DNA of 41,339 nucleotides from Candidatus Woesearchaeota archaeon (lineage in GTDB: Archaea > Nanobdellota > Nanobdellia > Pacearchaeales > UBA12030), in NCBI GenBank assembly GCA_964361585.1, contig CAYIBB010000001.1:36116-77454 (forward strand). The letters run 5' to 3'. The notes beneath the pieces are model-generated. The model was not told the origin of the DNA. It saw nothing but the letters and a program-made list of their open reading frames with translations, and did no database searches. Of the stretch, positions 23,086 to 31,852 are shown one piece after another. Position 1 is the stretch's first letter; the number at the start of each line of letters is the position of its first letter. The position numbers and the translations under genes were made by a program.

Positions 23086-23445
23086 TCATATTTTTCTTAT
23101 TTCCACGATCTCAATTTGGATTTCTTTTTCGTATTCTGAAACTTTTCCTAAAATTTCTACTTCATCACCAATACTAAATTCAAAACTCTTATCAATTATC
23201 TTGTCCTTAAAGTAAGTTGCAGTTATTTTTCCTGAAATATCGCCTACTTCAAAAATGTAAAGTCCCTGAGTTTGCCTTACTTCCGTAATTGTACCAGTAA
23301 TTTTTACATAATTATCTAACATCTCAAAATTTACTTCAGAGATAGAAATAATTTTAGGCTCAAGATTCTGGGAAAGATAAATAAGTAGAATTAACCCCAC
23401 AATAGCAGTGGTTAAAGAAATCTTTATCAATAGTGGAGTTTGCAT
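23086..23445 (-). CDS. Membrane-anchored OB-fold protein
   Basis: 119 aa. N-terminal TM segment, then VKITGTITEVRQTQGLYIFEVGDISGKITATYF, an OB-fold (tRNA_anti-like) pattern. Confidence 0.55.
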   Translation of the reverse strand: MQTPLLIKISLTTAIVGLILLIYLSQNLEPKIISISEVNFEMLDNYVKITGTITEVRQTQGLYIFEVGDISGKITATYFKDKIIDKSFEFSIGDEVEILGKVSEYEKEIQIEIVEIRKI

Positions 23446-23520
23446 TCATTCTGAGGAGGGAAGAATTTAAAATGTCATCGAAAGCAAAAATTTAAGTAGC
23501 TGTTTTAAATTTTTTGTATC

Positions 23521-24486
23521 ATGGACTTCCAAAAAAGACTTGAATTAATAAAGAGGAACACTATAGAGATTGTTACGGAAAAAGAGCTTCATGAATTACT
23601 AGAAAAGAAAAAGCAGCCTGTTCTTTATCATGGCTTTGAACCTTCAGGAAAAGGGCTCCATATTGGGAATATCTTGGCAATTAACAAGCATATGGACTTC
23701 CAAAATGCTGGCCTGAAGCTCATTATCTTGCTTGCAGATTTTCATGCGTGGCTAAATGAAAAGGGCAGTGTTGAGGACATAAAGAAGACAGCAGAAATTT
23801 ACAAGAAAAGTATGACTGCTCTGGGTGTGGACGCAAAAAAATCTGAATTTGTTTTGGGATCTTCATTTCAATTGAAACCAAAATACTTTAGTGATGTTAT
23901 GAAACTTTCACTCAGTGTGCGAATGCTTAGGGCAAGAAGGAGTATGACCCTAATTGGCCGAGAGGAAGAAGATCCACACATATCTCAAGTTCTGTACCCT
24001 TTAATGCAAGTTGAAGATATCAAGGCGCTTAATGTTGATATAGCGTTTGGTGATATGGCACAAAGGAAAGTGCACATGCTTGCTCGTGAGAATCTGCCAG
24101 GAATTGGATTTAGATCGCCAATTGCAATTCATCATGAAGATATGATTGGCCTTCAGGGAGGAAAAATGTCCTCCTCAATTCCTAAAAGTCATATCCTTGT
24201 AAATGAATCGCCAGAGTCTATAGAAGGTAAGATTTCAGAGGCGTATTGTCCTGCAAAGCAGAATAATAGAAATCCAATCTTACAGATATGTGAATACATA
24301 ATCTTCGGTAGGCAGGAGGAATTTAAAGTCGAGAGATCAGAAAAGCATGGCGGAGACATACGGTATGATAATTATAAGGAATTAGAAAAAGATTTTACAT
24401 CTGGTAAGCTCCATCCACTTGATTTAAAGAAATCGGTGAGCAGAGTATTGATAAAATTTCTCGAGCCGGCGAGGAAGGTTAAGTGA
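23521..24486 (+). CDS. tyrS: Tyrosine--tRNA ligase, short archaeal type
   Basis: 321 aa. HIGH motif in EPSGKGLHIGN and KMSKS motif as GKMSSS. Confidence 0.95.
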   Translation: MDFQKRLELIKRNTIEIVTEKELHELLEKKKQPVLYHGFEPSGKGLHIGNILAINKHMDFQNAGLKLIILLADFHAWLNEKGSVEDIKKTAEIYKKSMTALGVDAKKSEFVLGSSFQLKPKYFSDVMKLSLSVRMLRARRSMTLIGREEEDPHISQVLYPLMQVEDIKALNVDIAFGDMAQRKVHMLARENLPGIGFRSPIAIHHEDMIGLQGGKMSSSIPKSHILVNESPESIEGKISEAYCPAKQNNRNPILQICEYIIFGRQEEFKVERSEKHGGDIRYDNYKELEKDFTSGKLHPLDLKKSVSRVLIKFLEPARKVK

Positions 24487-24493
24487 ATAACAC

Positions 24494-24832
24494 CTATTCA
24501 CGTACGTACTCTAAAATATGTTTATCTACCCTTTTTGGCTTTAGGACTTTTATTGCAATCTCTAATCCTTTTAAGATATCACTTTCCTTATTGCAAGAAA
24601 CAATGTCAAAGTCTGCATAATCTATCTCTGGCCATGTATGAATACTTATATGGCTTTCAGCAAGAAGGAAAACAACACTAATACCAGGATTATAGACATG
24701 GCTCACTCGCTTAACAATAGTCATGTTAAGTTCAAAAGAAATATTTTCAATGAGATTATTAAGTAGCTTTTCATCTACTAAAGTCTTCTTTTCGCAATTC
24801 TCTAATTTCGCATAAAGTCTTTTGATGATCAT
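24494..24832 (-). CDS. speH: S-adenosylmethionine decarboxylase proenzyme (small pyruvoyl type)
   Basis: 112 aa. Self-processing site context LLAESHISIHTWPE. Confidence 0.85.
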   Translation of the reverse strand: MIIKRLYAKLENCEKKTLVDEKLLNNLIENISFELNMTIVKRVSHVYNPGISVVFLLAESHISIHTWPEIDYADFDIVSCNKESDILKGLEIAIKVLKPKRVDKHILEYVRE

Positions 24833-24866
24833 CTGGAAGCCTCATAAATCTCACACTCCATCTCTA

Positions 24867-25877
24867 CTAGAGAGATTGACTTTTAATGGATCTTTCTTCT
24901 TTTAAATTTTTCGTAGGAATCTTAAAAACTATATTGGAATCATTATAAATTCTTTTTCCAAATTTATACTCCCCTTTTATAAGTTCTTCCGGTTTTCCTA
25001 TAGCTTCAGCTCTTATTAAATCGGTAAAGTAATAATCTACATCAGGAAGTTTAAATTTATACTTAAATTTTTCAGAGAATGAATTGTAATAGCTGGAGGA
25101 ATTTTGGCTTTCTGAGTATAGACTAAAGTCTCTGATTATATCTGTAATAACGAAGTTCATTTTATGAAGTATTTTCTGTACCATATAAGCTTTTTTGACA
25201 GAGGATTCCGGTAGGGCATGTGTAAAATAAATTACTCCATCCTGCTTCAACTTCCCAATCCCTCTAGAGAGGAATAGTTTTATTGCATGTATGCTCTCAA
25301 TTGGATCTGTGATCAATACATCAAATTTTTCATTTAACTTAAGAGTATGTTGTACATCATACTTTATTGCTTTAAGTTTGAGCTCTTTATCCCTTGCAAC
25401 TTTATTAATAAATCTAACAATTCTTTCGTCAATTTCAAGACAAATAATTTCTTTTGGTAGCCCAGTAAGAGCAAGGCTTATTGATTGGCTGGCATCATCC
25501 CCCAGAACTAGAATTTTTGTATTCTGCAAATCGGTTCTGTCATAAATGAATCTTACCCTTTTGACTATATCTTCATATCTTTGATAGCCTTGGTCTAAGC
25601 TCTCATCTAGTCCAGGGCGATTTTTGCATAGGCTTTTCGTTTCTTTTAGAATTTGCTTATAATCTATCTTTTTGCCAAGTCTTTCTCTTTTTAGTATGCT
25701 CTTGCCTTTTCTTGTCAGAAGGAATCTTGCATTTTTTGAATTTACAGATCCTTCCCTAACAAGTTTATCTAGAGTTTTAATAGTAGACAAAACATCTGCA
25801 TCTACCTCTCGAAAGATTTTCCAAATAGAAGAAGACCTTTGCAAAGTTCGGAGGATTTGTTTTTCTATTCTACTCAT
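24867..25877 (-). CDS. DUF43/BpsA-family aminopropyltransferase-like protein, divergent paralog
   Basis: 336 aa. wHTH-like N-terminus, then ILVLGDDASQSISLALTGLPKEIICLEIDE...FDVLITDPIES. GDDA and TDP replace the GDDD and EPP of the neighbouring paralog. Confidence 0.6.
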   Translation of the reverse strand: MSRIEKQILRTLQRSSSIWKIFREVDADVLSTIKTLDKLVREGSVNSKNARFLLTRKGKSILKRERLGKKIDYKQILKETKSLCKNRPGLDESLDQGYQRYEDIVKRVRFIYDRTDLQNTKILVLGDDASQSISLALTGLPKEIICLEIDERIVRFINKVARDKELKLKAIKYDVQHTLKLNEKFDVLITDPIESIHAIKLFLSRGIGKLKQDGVIYFTHALPESSVKKAYMVQKILHKMNFVITDIIRDFSLYSESQNSSSYYNSFSEKFKYKFKLPDVDYYFTDLIRAEAIGKPEELIKGEYKFGKRIYNDSNIVFKIPTKNLKEERSIKSQSL

Positions 25878-25890
25878 TCCTTTATTGACA

Positions 25891-26961
25891 TTAACGGTAG
25901 GTCATGGCATCTCTTCTATACCATGCTATCTTTTTAGTTACAGTTTTGTATAATGGCTTCGTGGCCTTAGTAGTCTTTAGCCTTACGAGATCACTTATAT
26001 ACCATGGCTTTGTTGGAGGATACTCTACATATTCGGGAACATAAACTTGCTTAAGCTCAGTTCTAATTGAAGGATATGTCGAGAACTTGGGAATATACCC
26101 AACTATAATAACACCCATCCTTGTGAGTGTTTCTTGAATCTTTAACATTCCTAGGGGAGGGCATGCTGTCTGCGTAACTCCTGCATATCCTACATATCCT
26201 GGCTTTTTCTTTAACAATTCTATTCCCCTGCTAACAAACATAGTAAAGCCTAGTACTGTGTCAGGAGGCTCTGAAATGAATGTGTCGTACTTGCCTTGAT
26301 ACGCTTTAGGAATAGGCTTTCTCAAGTCATGGTGCAATGTTTTTACAGGAACCTTAAACTTTTTAGAATGCTCCTCAATCAGGCCAAGAACTTCTTTATC
26401 AAGATCAACAGCAAGAACTTCTTTTGGTAGCCCAGTAAGAGCAAGTATTATACTAGTGAAATCATCATCTCCAACACACACTACTGACCTCCCCACAATA
26501 TCACCTTTCTGTATTGCATAAGCAACTTTCTTCACTGCCGCGTCTGGCATTAAAGGAGCTTGGTCAAATTTATCTTTTGCAGTAAATTTCTTATAAATTT
26601 GCTTTACTTGTGTGAGGATTTTTTTGTATCTTTTGTTGAGTCTTATTGGTTCAATATCAGTTATGAAATCTCTAGATAATTCCTTTTGAAGTAGTTCCTT
26701 AAAGAAAACTCTTCCTTTTGGAGTTAAATGCAGCTGCTCTTTTTTTGCAGACAACAATTTACGTCTTCTTAGGGCTTCAACAATTCCTATAACTACGCGG
26801 ATATACTCTTCAGAGCCATAATAAATATCCCACAGATCTATAGCTCTATTTTCATAAAGAAGTCTGCCTACCTCATGCAATGAGGCCTCTGCAACCGGAA
26901 AGTTCTTTATCTTACTTGCAGATTTTAAAATTTCATTAACTTGATTCTGCATATTAACCAT
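25891..26961 (-). CDS. bpsA: BpsA-like branched-chain polyamine synthase (DUF43 aminopropyltransferase)
   Basis: 356 aa. VVCVGDDDFTSIILALTGLPKEVLAVDLD...HHDLRKPIPKAYQGKYDTFISEPPDTV matches the recalled BpsA motifs (GDDDLTS, FDLRKPLP, FDTFITDPPET). Confidence 0.75.
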   Translation of the reverse strand: MVNMQNQVNEILKSASKIKNFPVAEASLHEVGRLLYENRAIDLWDIYYGSEEYIRVVIGIVEALRRRKLLSAKKEQLHLTPKGRVFFKELLQKELSRDFITDIEPIRLNKRYKKILTQVKQIYKKFTAKDKFDQAPLMPDAAVKKVAYAIQKGDIVGRSVVCVGDDDFTSIILALTGLPKEVLAVDLDKEVLGLIEEHSKKFKVPVKTLHHDLRKPIPKAYQGKYDTFISEPPDTVLGFTMFVSRGIELLKKKPGYVGYAGVTQTACPPLGMLKIQETLTRMGVIIVGYIPKFSTYPSIRTELKQVYVPEYVEYPPTKPWYISDLVRLKTTKATKPLYKTVTKKIAWYRRDAMTYR

Positions 26962-26994
26962 TTTCCCAGCCTTGGAACTGTTTGTTGAAAATAA

Positions 26995-27003
26995 TTTATA
27001 AAT
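26995..27003. promoter_or_regulatory. TATA-like box TTTATAAAT in the divergent bpsA / agmatinase spacer
   Basis: Its centre is about 25 nt upstream of ATG 27024 (leaderless geometry) and about 38 nt from the minus-strand ATG at 26961. Confidence 0.35.
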
Positions 27004-27023
27004 CTTTTCTTCCTCTCAAACAC

Positions 27024-27812
27024 ATGATAATAAAAATCCCCTTTAGGAGTTTAGATAAGACTGAAGGTACAGAAAAAGCTCCAGAAGCAATATATAATGC
27101 CCTGAAAGATATATGGCTAACTGAGGCTAAGGCAAAAATAAACTTCGACTCGAGCTCAATAATCCCTGTAAAAGATAATATAGATAGGAGTTTAGAAAAA
27201 ATAGAAAATGAATCAGCAATTGTTATGAAAAATTCTCGGGGGAGAGTAATATTTCTTGGGGGGGACCACTCAGTAAGCTACGCAACTGTAAAGGCATTTT
27301 CTAAGTTAAATGAAAATTCTGGATTAATCATTTTTGATGCGCATGCAGATTTGATGCCTTCCACCGCTTCTCCAGTACATGAAGATTGGCTTAGGATGCT
27401 TATTGAAAAGAAAATTCTAGATGCGAGTAAAGTAATCATCGTGGGAATTAGAAATGTAGATGAGAACGAGCAGGAATTTATTGAAGATCATAAGATTAAT
27501 GTTTATTCGACAAAGGAAATATTTTCTGAAGGTGTTAAAGAAATCTCCTATTCCTTGATGGAACTTGCACGTAATTGGCCTGCTCTGTATGTAAGCATAG
27601 ACATAGATGTCTGCGATCCAGCCTTTGCGCCCGCTGTTGCTTATCCTGAGCCAGGAGGATTGAGCAGCAGAGAACTTTTACACTTTATTCAAGGTCTAAA
27701 GTTGTTGAGGAACTTCAAGGCAGCAGATATCATTGAGGTAATGCCTGAAAAAGATATTAATCATATAACCGTAAAATTAGCAGCTAAAATCTTATCCGAA
27801 TTAAATTCATAA
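27024..27812 (+). CDS. speB: Agmatinase / ureohydrolase family protein
   Basis: Mn-binding motifs GGDHSVSY, FDAHADL and SIDIDVCDP. I place the start at ATG 27024; the track start at 26982 is a TTG that overlaps the TATA box. Confidence 0.8.
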   Translation: MIIKIPFRSLDKTEGTEKAPEAIYNALKDIWLTEAKAKINFDSSSIIPVKDNIDRSLEKIENESAIVMKNSRGRVIFLGGDHSVSYATVKAFSKLNENSGLIIFDAHADLMPSTASPVHEDWLRMLIEKKILDASKVIIVGIRNVDENEQEFIEDHKINVYSTKEIFSEGVKEISYSLMELARNWPALYVSIDIDVCDPAFAPAVAYPEPGGLSSRELLHFIQGLKLLRNFKAADIIEVMPEKDINHITVKLAAKILSELNS

Positions 27813-27813
27813 A

Positions 27814-28347
27814 ATGAGATGCTTTATTGCAATTGACTTGCCAGAAGATGTGAAAGAGAAACTAGTAAATTTACAAAATCACCTCAAAGACTTGGAAGAT
27901 GTAAAAATAAAGTTTGTTGAGAAAGGAAATTTACACCTCACCTTAAAGTTTCTTGGAGAAATAAGTGATGTTGAAATTAATAGAATAAAAGAGAAACTTA
28001 AGCAACTGGACTTTAATAAATTAAGATGTGAAATTGGAAGTGTAGGAGTTTTTCCATCTCCCAATTATATTCGTGTAGTCTGGATTTCTCTTGAGCCCTT
28101 GAGTACGTTAAGAGAACTTGCTGAAAAAGTAAATTCTTTGCTGGATAAGAAAGAGGACAAATTTGATAGTCACATCACTCTTGGTAGGGTAAAATTTGTA
28201 AAGGATAGAATTTCCTTTATTAAAAAATTGGATGGACTAAAAATAAGTAAAGAAGAATTTGTTGTTAATGAAATTAAACTCAAGAAGAGCACTCTAACAA
28301 GCAATGGGCCAGTTTATGAGGACATATTCGTGGTAAAATTAGGATAG
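27814..28347 (+). CDS. thpR: RNA 2',3'-cyclic phosphodiesterase (2H family, ThpR/LigT)
   Basis: 177 aa with two HxT/S motifs, HLTLKF and HITLGR. Confidence 0.85.
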   Translation: MRCFIAIDLPEDVKEKLVNLQNHLKDLEDVKIKFVEKGNLHLTLKFLGEISDVEINRIKEKLKQLDFNKLRCEIGSVGVFPSPNYIRVVWISLEPLSTLRELAEKVNSLLDKKEDKFDSHITLGRVKFVKDRISFIKKLDGLKISKEEFVVNEIKLKKSTLTSNGPVYEDIFVVKLG

Positions 28348-28350
28348 CAA

Positions 28351-28971
28351 TTAAGGTAAATATCTTTCTGAGAGGATTCTTTTTATAACTCTAGCTCTTT
28401 TTTCACCCAAATTATCGACCTTCATGAGCTTTTCTACTGAAGCATTTGCTATTGTTTTAATAGTTTTAAATTTCTTGAGCAGAGCTTTAGCAAATCTTGG
28501 CCCTACTCCCGGGAGACCCTCTATAATGAGCTGTTGCTGTTCCGCAATGCTGTAAGTCCTCTTTTTTACACGCAAGCTTACATCTTGCCGAGGTTTTCCC
28601 TGTTTTTTTGCGAGCAAGTGTAAAACTTGTGCAGTTTCCTCACTATCCTCTGTGAATATTATTGGCACATCGAAGTCAAGTAATACACTTAGAAGCATAC
28701 CTTTAATTGCATTTGGGTTGAATCCATTCTCATAAAGATCACCTTCTACTATAAGTAGTCTCCTTTTGTATTGTTTAAGCTCTCCAAGTTGCTTCACAAG
28801 CCTCCTATTTATAATTGAACTAACAAAGTCAGAGGCTGTTTTCCTCTCTATTGCTATTTCATTAATTATGTAGTCTGCAACAGGTAGTTGCCTTAGGTCA
28901 ATTTTAGAACCTAAATTAATTAGTTCTGAAACAACTAAAGAATTTTTTTCCCTGTTATCTATTATTATCAT
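28351..28971 (-). CDS. xpf: Short XPF/ERCC4-type structure-specific nuclease
   Basis: 206 aa. ERCC4 motif VADYII...IERKTASDF. C-terminal (HhH)2 GLPGVGPRFAKALLKKF. Confidence 0.8.
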   Translation of the reverse strand: MIIIDNREKNSLVVSELINLGSKIDLRQLPVADYIINEIAIERKTASDFVSSIINRRLVKQLGELKQYKRRLLIVEGDLYENGFNPNAIKGMLLSVLLDFDVPIIFTEDSEETAQVLHLLAKKQGKPRQDVSLRVKKRTYSIAEQQQLIIEGLPGVGPRFAKALLKKFKTIKTIANASVEKLMKVDNLGEKRARVIKRILSERYLP

Positions 28972-30161
28972 TTTATGCTTTTACCCTTAGCTAAATATCT
29001 AAAAGCTATTGAAGTTATAAAAGTTACTATAAAAGCCATGAAGATTATTGCGGAATAAATCTCGTTATTTATAATACTATTCTGTAAAGCTAAAGTAGCG
29101 AGAACTAGCTCAACATCTCCTTTAGGAGAAACTCCTAGGCCTACAGCTAATCCTTCTTTGAAACTTCCTTTACTTAGCATAACCCCTATTATACTACCAC
29201 CTATCGTACCAATTAGCGCAATTAATATTAAAGTTACAGAAAGACCAAGATTCGAAAAAACTGCATTTAAGTCTGTATTTAACCCAACTAAAACAAAGAA
29301 AATAGGAACTAGAAAGCCGAAGGCAATTATATGTACTGCTCTTGCAATTCTATGTTCCTCCCAAGGTTTTTTATGTCTCCCAGTAAATAAAAAATGTCTT
29401 ATAGAAACTCCAGCAACTAAAGCCCCAACCAAAGCCCCAAACCCAAAAATTTCTGAAAGGGCTGAAACTAGCAATACCATTATTAGTGCACCCATAAACA
29501 AACTTGTTAACGAACCTTCCTTTTCAAATCTAGTTAGAACAAACTTAATTATTAACCTCCTAAAAATTAATATAATGAGAATGAATATTATTGTATGAAG
29601 TATCAAGGTCCATAAACCTATATTAAATGTTGAGACGTTTATCAAGGTTAAAATAATGCTAAGTAAGAACAGCTCGAAGATGTCATCAACCGCTCCAGAC
29701 GCGATAATCAATTTCCCAACACCGCTTTTAAGTAACTTAAGTTCTTCCAATATATCGAAGGAAATAGCTTGAGAGCTTACCGCAAGGCTCATGCCTATAA
29801 TTGTACTCACAACAAAATTTAATTTGAATGCAAAATAGGAAACTAAAAACCCTAAAATTAAAGGAATAACTGTATTAAATACTGAAATCAAAGTCGTTTC
29901 CTTTATCAATTTCCTTGTAGCTTTCAGATTAGTTTCAAGTCCTACGAAAAAGAATAAGAGAATCATACCCAAATTACCTAGAAATAAGAGCGTTTCAGGG
30001 CCTCCATCAGGAAATAAATGATCTTTGATGAGAGGGATTCCAAGAAGTAATCCCGCAGCAATCTGGCCTATGCCCCTAGGAATTTTAAAATGTTTGAATA
30101 CCTCTCCCCCTATATAGGCTGCTACTAACACAATCAAGATTACTACTATCAGGTCGGCCAT
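28968..30161 (-). CDS. Cation:proton antiporter (CPA2, Kef/NapA-like)
   Basis: 397 aa and polytopic. Typical CPA N-terminus (GGEVFKHFKIPRGIGQIAAGLLLG). Its stop overlaps the downstream xpf start as ATGA. Confidence 0.8.
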   Translation of the reverse strand: MADLIVVILIVLVAAYIGGEVFKHFKIPRGIGQIAAGLLLGIPLIKDHLFPDGGPETLLFLGNLGMILLFFFVGLETNLKATRKLIKETTLISVFNTVIPLILGFLVSYFAFKLNFVVSTIIGMSLAVSSQAISFDILEELKLLKSGVGKLIIASGAVDDIFELFLLSIILTLINVSTFNIGLWTLILHTIIFILIILIFRRLIIKFVLTRFEKEGSLTSLFMGALIMVLLVSALSEIFGFGALVGALVAGVSIRHFLFTGRHKKPWEEHRIARAVHIIAFGFLVPIFFVLVGLNTDLNAVFSNLGLSVTLILIALIGTIGGSIIGVMLSKGSFKEGLAVGLGVSPKGDVELVLATLALQNSIINNEIYSAIIFMAFIVTFITSIAFRYLAKGKSIK

Positions 30162-30240
30162 ATTTTCCTCTTTTACTAGTATGAGAATTTAATTAGATTT
30201 AAATATTTCTAATTAATAATTATCCCAGCATGAAGCAAAA

Positions 30241-31101
30241 ATGAATAATAAATATATTTTTACTGGACCTTTAGAAATAAAACCAGAAGAAATGGCACCT
30301 CTCCTGCTTTCTACTGCTGAGAATCTAAAAAACGATTCCATTTTTGTTATATCATTCTCTCAAGACTCATTAGTTTTAGGGGTTAATCAGTCAATAGAGG
30401 ATTTAGTAGAAAATTGGGACTCCAGAGATGGTCTTGTTTTTACACGAAGAATTACTGGCGGGGCAGCTTATGCTCACAAAAGTGGAGGGACAATGTGTAT
30501 AGCTTTTTTTAATGAAAATAAAAATGAAATTGGACCAGGGTATCTAACTAGAAATGGCCAAAAAGTTGTTGATTATTTGCGTTTTATTGGTGCTGATGTA
30601 AGTCTTGCAATGGGTTTTTATTCTCTTAACGATAACGGCACAGTAAAGAGAAAAAGTGGGTTTTATATCATTAATGAAAATAAAGAAACCATTGGTACAA
30701 TGGCTGGAGTCATAGTACCTCCATCTAACCAAACAGGACCAAGTACCAATATATCCCAAACTTGCTTAAGATTGAAAGAGATGACACGTACAGAAGCTGA
30801 ATTAGTAGTTGGAAGTATGAAAAGTTATGATGGATTGGATGTTGGTATATACATGCAAAAAACGGCTTCTCTTGAAAGAATGGATATTCATTTTAGTATA
30901 GATGAAGTGGTACTTTCTTTTCAAGAATTCTTGTCTAAAGGTGGAAATCAGCTCATAAACTGTCCTGAAACTACAAAGGTATTAGAAACTGAAAAATATA
31001 AGACTCCTTTATGGAAAGAAGGTGGATTAAGACTAGGTTTGTGTGGTTATAATAAAGGTAGGGATGCAGGAGTATTTAAAGAATTTAAAGAACTTTATTA
31101 G
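30241..31101 (+). CDS. Divergent LplA/LipM/LipL-superfamily (BPL_LplA_LipB) protein
   Basis: 286 aa. SLVLGVNQS...GLVFTRRITGGAAYAHKSGGTMCIAFF parallels the LplA motif P.V.LG..Q...RR.SGGGAVYHD.GN. The usual K-I-S-G lysine context instead reads NKETIGTMAG. Confidence 0.55.
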   Translation: MNNKYIFTGPLEIKPEEMAPLLLSTAENLKNDSIFVISFSQDSLVLGVNQSIEDLVENWDSRDGLVFTRRITGGAAYAHKSGGTMCIAFFNENKNEIGPGYLTRNGQKVVDYLRFIGADVSLAMGFYSLNDNGTVKRKSGFYIINENKETIGTMAGVIVPPSNQTGPSTNISQTCLRLKEMTRTEAELVVGSMKSYDGLDVGIYMQKTASLERMDIHFSIDEVVLSFQEFLSKGGNQLINCPETTKVLETEKYKTPLWKEGGLRLGLCGYNKGRDAGVFKEFKELY

Positions 31102-31102
31102 A

Positions 31103-31840
31103 ATGTGGCGTGTAATTAAACCAAGGGCTTATTCTGCATATCTGAGCCAAGCTTTAGTTGAGACCCTTACCGAGTTTGTTGGACAGGGAAAATCTCCTTC
31201 TACAATAAGATTTTATGAGTGGAAGCCAAGTACTGTGGCTTTTGGATTTAATGAAAGAGTGCATGAAGTGGTTAATGTTGATGAGTGCAAAAATCTAGGA
31301 ATAGATATAGTAAGAAGGCCTAGTGGAGGTGGTGCAGTTTACCTTGATGAGGAAGATTGCTTTACTTATGGTGTAATCTCTCGTGATTTGCCTCGGAGTA
31401 TCTCAAAAAGTTATTCTTTAGTGTGTGGGGCAGTAATTGATGGTCTCATGGACTTGGGAATAGAGGCAAGTTTCAGAAAGCCAAATGATATAGTAGTTAA
31501 GGGAAAGAAGATTTCTGGAAATATACAAATAAATAGGAAGAATGTTGTTGTAGTCGGCGGGACAATACTTTATGATCTGGACTTGGAAAAAATGTTTCGA
31601 GTTTTGAAAGTTGATAAGGAAAAGATGAAAAAGAAAGGTTATAAAAATTCACTAGAAAGCGTTACCTGTATTAAGGAGCACACTAAGGTAAGTAAACAGA
31701 AAGTTTATGAAACCCTGATTAGAGCTTTAACTAAAGGCAAAGAATTTTCTTTCGGGGATTTAAACCAAGAGGAAATGGATAGAGCAAAATTTCTTGAAAA
31801 AACAAAATACTCCACAAGAGAATGGAATTTCCGAAAGTGA
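31103..31840 (+). CDS. lplA: Lipoate--protein ligase A, catalytic domain only
   Basis: TVAFGFNE...IVRRPSGGGAVYLDEE...VKGKKISGN are canonical LplA motifs. ATG 31103 lies 1 nt after the stop of the upstream gene. The track start at 31043 would overlap that gene by 59 nt. Confidence 0.8.
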   Translation: MWRVIKPRAYSAYLSQALVETLTEFVGQGKSPSTIRFYEWKPSTVAFGFNERVHEVVNVDECKNLGIDIVRRPSGGGAVYLDEEDCFTYGVISRDLPRSISKSYSLVCGAVIDGLMDLGIEASFRKPNDIVVKGKKISGNIQINRKNVVVVGGTILYDLDLEKMFRVLKVDKEKMKKKGYKNSLESVTCIKEHTKVSKQKVYETLIRALTKGKEFSFGDLNQEEMDRAKFLEKTKYSTREWNFRK

Positions 31841-31852
31841 TTATTCCATAAA

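Noticed and set aside
31043-31102. Upstream extension of lplA from the track start at 31043
   Set aside because: It would overlap the preceding gene by 59 nt and adds a non-homologous peptide. ATG 31103 begins 1 nt after that gene's stop.
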